Positions 24,444-30,644 of a stretch of DNA of 30,644 bases are shown here, piece after piece. Below the pieces are notes generated by a model. The model made no database searches and was not told the DNA's origin. It saw nothing but the letters and a program-made list of their open reading frames with translations. Made by a program: the position numbers and the translations under genes. Source of the stretch: a virus. Lineage: Duplodnaviria; Caudoviricetes. The stretch lies in the IMG/VR virus record IMGVR_UViG_3300032272_001391, positions 1-30,644 of that record; one strand, 5' to 3'. Positions within the stretch are counted from its first letter, which is position 1. Each line of letters begins with the position of its first letter.

Positions 24444-24822
24444 AGCAAGTGTAATTATAGGTAAGGCAAGGTTTGGAGTGATGATTACCCTGGCCGCCCT
24501 GGTTGTACTTGCTATCATAATTATAACAGTGGTTGTTGTGGGAGGAAAAGATCTCCCCGTAAGCCTTCTTATTATAGCCGGGGCATTTTTTGCCGGTGAC
24601 GCAACGGGAGCGGTGTCAACCCTCAAGATAGGGGCGAAGGATCTCTCTGCCATGGTTGAAGATCTTGACCACTTGGGGATTGTTACCCTTTGGGCGCATG
24701 TAACTAAGGTTTTGATCCTGAGCGGGAATATAAATAGGGAGATGTTTAAAACGCTGTATGATAACGCTGTTAAATATTTTCCAGCCGTAGAGGTTGATGG
24801 GAAACAAAAGAGGGATAGTTGA
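24421..24822 (+). CDS. Membrane protein
   Basis: AAGGAG RBS before the ATG at 24421; two hydrophobic segments. Confidence 0.55.
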   Translation: MNQLQKNKASVIIGKARFGVMITLAALVVLAIIIITVVVVGGKDLPVSLLIIAGAFFAGDATGAVSTLKIGAKDLSAMVEDLDHLGIVTLWAHVTKVLILSGNINREMFKTLYDNAVKYFPAVEVDGKQKRDS

Positions 24823-25001
24823 TGAAATTTGGTAAAAGGTGTAGCACTTGTAACACAAAAGTTGACAAAGGTTATATTAAGTATAGTGTTTGGATGGATA
24901 AAAATTATTGGGATGATCGTTATCAATACTGTGATGTTAAAGATTGGTGGTGGGAAACTATAAACATTGGAGCTTGTTACTCTAATGCAAAATATTATTA
25001 A
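24819..25001 (+). CDS. Small Cys/Trp-rich hypothetical protein
   Basis: CSTC motif; operon packing. Confidence 0.4.
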   Translation: MMKFGKRCSTCNTKVDKGYIKYSVWMDKNYWDDRYQYCDVKDWWWETINIGACYSNAKYY

Positions 25002-25043
25002 TGTCCTTATTGTGGGGAGTCATCTAATTACAAGGAGTAAATT

Positions 25044-25376
25044 ATGGATATAGATATATATTGGTTAGAGTGTATAAAAGAAGCATTATTGGAAGCTGAA
25101 TTGATAGCAACAAAAGAGCAGGTAAATATTATAGCCTCTATTGTGGAAGGGGCAGCACAAGCCAAAGCCCAGGCGACAGGTGAGGAAAATATACCTAACC
25201 CTGAATATACGGAATTAAAAGATAAAATTAAAAAATTAGAAAAAGAGCGGGATGATTATAATAAGTGGGTTAATAGTACTAAACCCTGTCTAATATGCGG
25301 TACTACTGGGTTAAAAAAAGATGTTTACGGTAGAAAAATTATTTGTAATATATGTGACGGTAAAGGGAGGTTATAA
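25044..25376 (+). CDS. Hypothetical protein with C-terminal DnaJ-like zinc finger
   Basis: 'CLICGTTG...CNICDGKG'. Confidence 0.65.
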   Translation: MDIDIYWLECIKEALLEAELIATKEQVNIIASIVEGAAQAKAQATGEENIPNPEYTELKDKIKKLEKERDDYNKWVNSTKPCLICGTTGLKKDVYGRKIICNICDGKGRL

Positions 25377-25378
25377 GT

Positions 25379-26068
25379 ATGGAATTATGGAAGAAATTAA
25401 ATTATAGCTCATTAAAAGAGTACACAGACCGTACTTGTATAGAATCCGGTGGTCCTAACTGTCACTATAATTGTGACGATTGCCGGGAAGATGAGCAGTT
25501 TCAGTACGTTCCGGAAAAGGTCTTCCCTGGGGGATTGGCTAAAATTAGGCTGGAAGAGACAGAAAAGGAAGCGGACAAACAGGCGGGATTTGCCAGGGTG
25601 ATGAGTAAAGCTGACTTACCCAATAGCCAGGAATTAAGAGAAGAGATAAAGAAATATGCTGTTGAATTACCAACGGATGATAGCAGAGAGGAAATATCAA
25701 GGATAGTACAGCAGATATATTTTGATAATGGGTTTAATTGGCGAATGAAAGATGGATATCATGAATACGACCCAAACTATATAGCAATACATGATGGGGT
25801 TATTGTTTCTGATAATAAAAAAATTATTCAAGCTTGCGGTTATGCATTAATATCAGCAAATGACTTCATAATGAAATTCCACCATGACCCGATGGGCTTG
25901 GAAGTTTGGCAAAAGGGCGGTACGGTAAAAGATGACGGATTATTGGGAGAGAGCACAAAAGAATTAACATGTAGTGATTGTAAAGAATCCGATAGATGTA
26001 TTACAACAAAATATACAGACAGTAAATGGCCAGGTGAATACTGTCCAAGCTTTACTCTCTCAAAATAA
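25379..26068 (+). CDS. Hypothetical protein with Cys clusters at both ends
   Basis: GGGAGGT RBS; 229-aa ORF. Confidence 0.55.
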   Translation: MELWKKLNYSSLKEYTDRTCIESGGPNCHYNCDDCREDEQFQYVPEKVFPGGLAKIRLEETEKEADKQAGFARVMSKADLPNSQELREEIKKYAVELPTDDSREEISRIVQQIYFDNGFNWRMKDGYHEYDPNYIAIHDGVIVSDNKKIIQACGYALISANDFIMKFHHDPMGLEVWQKGGTVKDDGLLGESTKELTCSDCKESDRCITTKYTDSKWPGEYCPSFTLSK

Positions 26069-26165
26069 GGATATTTGGTTTAACAACCATAGATTGACAG
26101 GAAATGGAGGTTTAAATAGAGTATGAAATTGCAATTATGGGAAAAGAAATTAATAGTCTAAATAA

Positions 26166-26195
26166 TTGACAAACAGGGCCATAAAGTGCTATTAT
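26166..26195 (+). promoter_or_regulatory. Putative promoter for the packaging/late operon
   Basis: TTGACA-18 bp-TATTAT with an extended -10 TG. Confidence 0.55.
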
Positions 26196-26225
26196 TACTC
26201 AATAACAGGGGGGTAACAGGATATT

Positions 26226-26531
26226 ATGGCCAAGTTTCAGAAAGGGCAATCAGGCAACCCGGGTGGTAGGCCAAAAGGGAAATCGATAACAGCGCTACTT
26301 GAAAAATACCTAAAAGGGAAAGATGGGGAGATTGAGGGGAAGACCAGAAAGCAAGCTTTGATTGAGAAGTTAACAGAAATGGGGCTTGATGGAAACATGA
26401 TAGCCCTTAAATATATTATAGACCGAATAGACGGGAAGCCTACAGAGCACGTAAAAGCCGAGGTTAAGCAAAAGACCTATGAGATTACCCCGGCGCCTGA
26501 ATTGGAGGAAAAAGATGAGCAAGCAAATTAG
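26226..26531 (+). CDS. terS: Terminase small subunit (DUF5681-type)
   Basis: 'FQKGQSGNPGGRPKG...ALKYIIDRIDGKP'; upstream of terL. Confidence 0.75.
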   Translation: MAKFQKGQSGNPGGRPKGKSITALLEKYLKGKDGEIEGKTRKQALIEKLTEMGLDGNMIALKYIIDRIDGKPTEHVKAEVKQKTYEITPAPELEEKDEQAN

Positions 26532-26739
26532 ATTAAAAAAGCGTAAAATTAAAATAACAGAATGCGATAATAATAAAGGTGATTGCTTTTTTTGGAACGG
26601 CAGGCAATCATTAGATGAGATTGGAAGGGCTCACTTAAAGGGGCCGCCGAAAAAATGCGAGCTACAAAAAATATATAGCCGTGAAGAATCTAATATATAT
26701 TTTAAAACTTGCCCTTTGGAGGATTACATTAATGAGTGA
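26515..26739 (+). CDS. Small Cys-rich '...CPL' protein
   Basis: GGAGG RBS; C..C..C..'TCPLED'. Confidence 0.55.
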   Translation: MSKQIRLKKRKIKITECDNNKGDCFFWNGRQSLDEIGRAHLKGPPKKCELQKIYSREESNIYFKTCPLEDYINE

Positions 26740-26923
26740 TACTGACAGGGTGAAGAGAATAAAAGAGTTTACTGACAAACTTACCGCTTTAAGCCAGGAA
26801 TACGGAATATCTATTTTTTCCCATAATGATATAAATTTACTTGATGTAGAAAACGGTGATTTCGGTAGGTATATTTACACTAATCGTTTTCAGGAGATTG
26901 AATGGGAGCCTTGTTTTGATTGA
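26732..26923 (+). CDS. Small hypothetical protein
   Basis: GGAGG RBS before the ATG at 26732. Confidence 0.55.
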   Translation: MSDTDRVKRIKEFTDKLTALSQEYGISIFSHNDINLLDVENGDFGRYIYTNRFQEIEWEPCFD

Positions 26924-27080
26924 AGAATTAAATATATTGCGTAGATATTGGATGTTTGGGTGTATGGTGTGGGATGTAGAGGGGAATCAAATATGGCCTA
27001 TATTTGAAGTAAATATTAAGCCTAAAAAACTTCCAGCTATTTGTGATAGTGATGGCGGAGAGAGGGCAGAGCATGAATAA
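26856..27080 (+). CDS. Small hypothetical protein (true start probably near 26920)
   Basis: Fills the gap in the operon; start uncertain. Confidence 0.35.
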   Translation: MISVGIFTLIVFRRLNGSLVLIEELNILRRYWMFGCMVWDVEGNQIWPIFEVNIKPKKLPAICDSDGGERAEHE

Positions 27081-27489
27081 CCGTGATTTGGCTAAATCTT
27101 TAACATTTAATGAGTTGTGCATTTCTCCTTGTGGTGGCCCTTTTTGTACCAATTGTAAGTATTATATTTTAGAAAGGCTAAAGTTAAACCTTGTAAGTTG
27201 TCACCTGTTCCCGAAGGAGTTATCAAAATTAAAATCAAGCTGGTGCGGAAAGGGTGTTGTCGGTGGCCAGATAGCACATGCAATTTTCGAAAAAAAATTA
27301 AAAGAGTGGAATGATATTGATGTTAAAACCAAGTTAAGGCAACAAAGAGAGAAGGAAGATGCTTTAAGAATCACCAGGGAAAAAAGAAAGCGTGATGAAG
27401 CTATTCATGAAAAAGCCATTAAAGCTAAACACGGTCTATCAATATCAGGCACCGGGGATGAGGGGCAACTATCTTTGATTAATGAATAA
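27073..27489 (+). CDS. Hypothetical Cys-containing protein
   Basis: 'FCTNCKYY...CHLFP...SWCGKG' plus coiled tail; TAATG coupling to terL. Confidence 0.55.
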   Translation: MNNRDLAKSLTFNELCISPCGGPFCTNCKYYILERLKLNLVSCHLFPKELSKLKSSWCGKGVVGGQIAHAIFEKKLKEWNDIDVKTKLRQQREKEDALRITREKRKRDEAIHEKAIKAKHGLSISGTGDEGQLSLINE

Positions 27490-28769
27490 TGCCAAAAGTT
27501 GATTTTACCAACATCTACAAAACAATTAACCCGGTATACCGCAGATACCTAAAAGACCATAGGCCATATCAAGTATTTCTTGGCGGGGGGTCCGCAGGAA
27601 AATCATACTTTGTTGCACAAAAAATAATATACAATCTAATAAATCTCCCTGGTTATAATGTGCTTGCTCTGCGTAAGATTGCAGCTTCTAACCATGATAG
27701 TACTTTTGGGGAGTTGTGCAAGTGTATTAATAATTATGGATTTACAGAACTATTTAAGATTAACGAATCAAAGGGAGACGAGAAAATTATTTTCCAGGGT
27801 AACGGAAATCAGATACTATTTAAGGGCCTTAAGGATAAAAAAGAGTTAGAGAAAGTCAAGTCTGTCACCTTTCCCACTGGCCCGCTGGTTTGTATTTGGC
27901 TGGAAGAGGCAACAGAATTCACAGAAAACGACCTTAACCAAATGGAAATAAGGATTAGGGGATTATCTGACATCCGTAAGCATATAATAATATCTTTTAA
28001 CCCTATTGATGTTGACCACTGGATTAAGGCAAGGTTCTTTGATAACCCTATTCCCACGGATAAGGGGTTTTCGCTTAAAACCACATACCTTGATAATAAG
28101 TTTCTTACCACAGACGACCGGGAGCGGTTAGAAAAGTTCAAGACAATAGACCAGTATTATTATAATGTGTATTGCTTAGGTAACTGGGGGAGTATCTCAA
28201 ACGCCCGGCTATTTCACAATATTAAGATTTGGGACTTTGATTTTGTTGAGCATGATTATGAGGATATCAGGCACGGGCTTGACTTTGGATTCGTGCACGC
28301 CCAAGCGCTTATGGGCATGGGGTACCGGGAGGGGGAATTGTACATCCATAAAGAGTTCTGGGAAAAAGGGGCGGACAATTTAAGCTTTCTTAAAAATGTT
28401 GAGGCTTCCAATTTCCCCAAAGAATATGCTATAATAGCGGATAGTGCTAACCCTGGGGATATATTAACCTGGAATAATAATGGGTTTTCGGTATATGGTG
28501 CAAGAAAAGGGCCCGGGTCGCTTAAGTTGGGGATTGAATACTTAAGGACATTACCCGTTATCAATATTCATGCTACCAATTGCCCTCATGCAGCGGTAGA
28601 GTTCCCCAAGTTCAAGCGCCGGGAATTCCCAGATGGCACTATTAGCGAATATGAATATGTAGAAGTTAATGACGATACAATTGCCGCTACCAGATACGCA
28701 CAAGAGGAATTCTTTATTACTGGGCGTGATATGAAACGGGGTGCGGTGTTCAACAAGGGGGCCTATTGA
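27489..28769 (+). CDS. terL: Terminase large subunit, PBSX family
   Basis: Walker A GGGSAGKS, Walker B IWLEEATE, 'SFNP...HWIK', 'TTYLDNKFL', nuclease 'GLDFG', 'ADSA', 'DDTIAATRYA'. Confidence 0.95.
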   Translation: MPKVDFTNIYKTINPVYRRYLKDHRPYQVFLGGGSAGKSYFVAQKIIYNLINLPGYNVLALRKIAASNHDSTFGELCKCINNYGFTELFKINESKGDEKIIFQGNGNQILFKGLKDKKELEKVKSVTFPTGPLVCIWLEEATEFTENDLNQMEIRIRGLSDIRKHIIISFNPIDVDHWIKARFFDNPIPTDKGFSLKTTYLDNKFLTTDDRERLEKFKTIDQYYYNVYCLGNWGSISNARLFHNIKIWDFDFVEHDYEDIRHGLDFGFVHAQALMGMGYREGELYIHKEFWEKGADNLSFLKNVEASNFPKEYAIIADSANPGDILTWNNNGFSVYGARKGPGSLKLGIEYLRTLPVINIHATNCPHAAVEFPKFKRREFPDGTISEYEYVEVNDDTIAATRYAQEEFFITGRDMKRGAVFNKGAY

Positions 28770-30172
28770 TGGCGGACCTAAACAAGCTTAATGCCAATAT
28801 TCAGGCGATGGCAAAAAAACCTATAAGGAATTATTTTAAAATCAGGCAGCAAAAAAAGCTTATTGTTCAAGCTGTAGCAGAAGGGCAAAGAGATGCATTG
28901 ACACCGCCAAATAGGGGTGGATCATCTACATCAAAAGTGGTGGACAAAAACAATTACACAAAATATTCCTCTATGGTTTGCGGCTCTTATGACATGTATA
29001 ATGCATCGGCAGATTATGGCGCAGAGGTTTTTCCGGCGCTGATAGATTTGCGGGTTGCTTTATTAGGGGGAGAGGGGCTTAATGTTAACGCAAATAAACC
29101 GGCTACCCAGGATTTTATTGATAAGTTTCTCAAGGTGAATAAGTTGAGCGGTTCCCGCTTAATGCAAGTTTTACTAACTGGAGAACTCGAGGGAAAAGAT
29201 TTAATTGTATTGTCGGTTATCGGCAAGGGATCTGATAAAGAACACATCCGGGCTCAATCATTTTCTTGGTATATCAACAATTACACCCCTATTATTTCCG
29301 GGCAAGATGTAGATTTTATTGAAGGGTTTAAGTATAAGGATAAAAAAACAGATGAAGAAATGACTATTGATAAAAAGCAAGCTGTTTACATCCGGTTGGG
29401 TGGTACGGAATTCGATTGGGATGAGACCCCACACAAAACCCACAAAGTACTAACCCAGTGTGCAAACGTATCAAGGGCCGGGTATGACTTAAGAAAGAAT
29501 GGTCACTTGTGGGGAAAAATAAGCCCGACTTGGAAACTTGATTTTAATATGCCTGGGTGGCAAGCAGAAGCTAAGGCGATCAATAATAATATTGCTGCAA
29601 ATAGTTATGAGATAGGAGACGGGTATGCAGGGCCGGCAGATTTTGAGCTTAAAGGGCCACCCCCTGCCGGGGTAAAAGTAATCCTTGATGGCATCCTAAC
29701 CGATATGAAATTTATAGCAAACAATACAGGAATCCCCATACACCTTTTATCTTGGCCGGAACTCATGAGTAATAGAGCAACAGCCGAGAACATTAGCAAG
29801 TTGCTTGAAATTACCACCCGGAAAGACCGGTTATTGTGGGAAGAGGCTTTTACCGAGCTGATAGAAAAAGCTATGGTTATGGCTATTGATAGCGGCTTGG
29901 AAACTAATGCTATATTAGGAGACTTTAATGTCAAGCTGCCACTAGTTGAAATGGAAACCATAATTGAATTAGTTGAGAAGTGGGCGCAGTTTGTAGGAAC
30001 GTTCATATCTAAGGAATGGCTAATGAATCAAATACCAGGAATAGACCCTATACTTGAACAAAAAAGGATTGAGGCCGAAAGAAAGAAGGCAGCCGAAGAA
30101 TCGCCCTTGAATAATGATACTAATAATGATACACTTAACCAATTGCAGAATGAGGAGGAAGAGGAAGAATGA
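28769..30172 (+). CDS. Portal protein
   Basis: About 467 aa directly after terL; 'TGIPIHLL...SNRATAE', 'ISKEWLM..IPGID..LEQKRIEAE', acidic tail. Confidence 0.8.
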   Translation: MADLNKLNANIQAMAKKPIRNYFKIRQQKKLIVQAVAEGQRDALTPPNRGGSSTSKVVDKNNYTKYSSMVCGSYDMYNASADYGAEVFPALIDLRVALLGGEGLNVNANKPATQDFIDKFLKVNKLSGSRLMQVLLTGELEGKDLIVLSVIGKGSDKEHIRAQSFSWYINNYTPIISGQDVDFIEGFKYKDKKTDEEMTIDKKQAVYIRLGGTEFDWDETPHKTHKVLTQCANVSRAGYDLRKNGHLWGKISPTWKLDFNMPGWQAEAKAINNNIAANSYEIGDGYAGPADFELKGPPPAGVKVILDGILTDMKFIANNTGIPIHLLSWPELMSNRATAENISKLLEITTRKDRLLWEEAFTELIEKAMVMAIDSGLETNAILGDFNVKLPLVEMETIIELVEKWAQFVGTFISKEWLMNQIPGIDPILEQKRIEAERKKAAEESPLNNDTNNDTLNQLQNEEEEEE

Positions 30173-30318
30173 CATATTTTATTATAGCGTTTATAGGGAT
30201 GCTGAAATTAAATTTCCCGGTATACACCGTGGCCTTGATTTTAGGGTTTATACATATGGGTACTTCTATTGGGTTTATGTTTAAGCACTCAACACAAAAG
30301 GCGGTATCAGATGAGTAA
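30169..30318 (+). CDS. Small membrane protein (49 aa, absent from the ORF track)
   Basis: ATGA overlap with the portal stop; MTYFIIAFIGMLKLNFPVYTVALILGFIHMG... Confidence 0.45.
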   Translation: MTYFIIAFIGMLKLNFPVYTVALILGFIHMGTSIGFMFKHSTQKAVSDE

Positions 30319-30445
30319 AACAGCAACAAAGAAATTAAGAAAGCTATCAAAAGAACATGGGTTTCCATACAAGGCCCTTAAGATCTTGTACAAGGCTACC
30401 CCATGGGACAAAAGAAGCGGGGTATACTGGGCGTGGGGGATATAA
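30311..30445 (+). CDS. Small basic protein (44 aa, absent from the ORF track)
   Basis: MSKTATKKLRKLSKEHGFPYKALKILYKATPWDKRSGVYWAWGI; coupled to both neighbours. Confidence 0.4.
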   Translation: MSKTATKKLRKLSKEHGFPYKALKILYKATPWDKRSGVYWAWGI

Positions 30446-30588
30446 TGATTTTGTTATCAATATTAGGAATACTATTTATAGTAACTGTTATCTTGCCGAT
30501 TGTTTTTAAAATTATAATGTATCTTTTATCGATGTGCAGGATAGCAAATATTCCTAAAAAAGAAATGAATGAAAGAAGGTGGTTATGA
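30445..30588 (+). CDS. Small single-TM protein
   Basis: TAATG coupling; MILLSILGILFIVTVILPIVFKIIMYLL. Confidence 0.45.
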   Translation: MILLSILGILFIVTVILPIVFKIIMYLLSMCRIANIPKKEMNERRWL

Positions 30589-30644
30589 AATATCCAATAA
30601 TGAGAACAGAAGAAAGCAAGGCTGGGTTAAGGTCGATGCTATCC

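Noticed and set aside
28660-28705. Inactive terminase nuclease (DDTIAATRY lacks the later Asp)
   Set aside because: DDxxAAxRY variants occur in PBSX-type terminases as I recall, and the other motifs are intact
1-30644. Alternative genetic code
   Set aside because: Conserved genes are intact and densely packed under the standard bacterial code, with all three stop codons used

Overview
The window is most of a tailed dsDNA phage (siphovirus-type) genome, opened inside the structural module. In order it holds: neck/tail genes (tail completion, terminator, major tail, frameshifted tail chaperone, tape measure, Dit, hub, two paralogous fibre/RBP genes); a lysis module (NlpC/P60 endolysin, small holin, two fully overlapping membrane ORFs); a short leftward operon (hypothetical, structured RNA, SMC/Rad50-like ATPase, tRNA-like RNA, lipoprotein); divergent sigma70-type promoters; and a long rightward early/middle region (RHH regulator, ERF recombinase, NinB-like, HNH, SSB, antirepressor, replication initiator with internal iterons, MazG-like, RecU-like). 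It ends with terS, terL and portal. Head genes lie outside the window, and I saw no integrase or CI-like repressor. The most unusual signal is at the RNA level. Three promoter-hairpin-terminator cassettes have a C4/CI-antisense-like design, each with its own loop-complementary code. A 203-nt tRNA-Leu-like RNA has its anticodon region replaced by 153 nt. A second putative small RNA carries T-loop-like modules. All product calls come from motif recognition by eye; no database searches were run.
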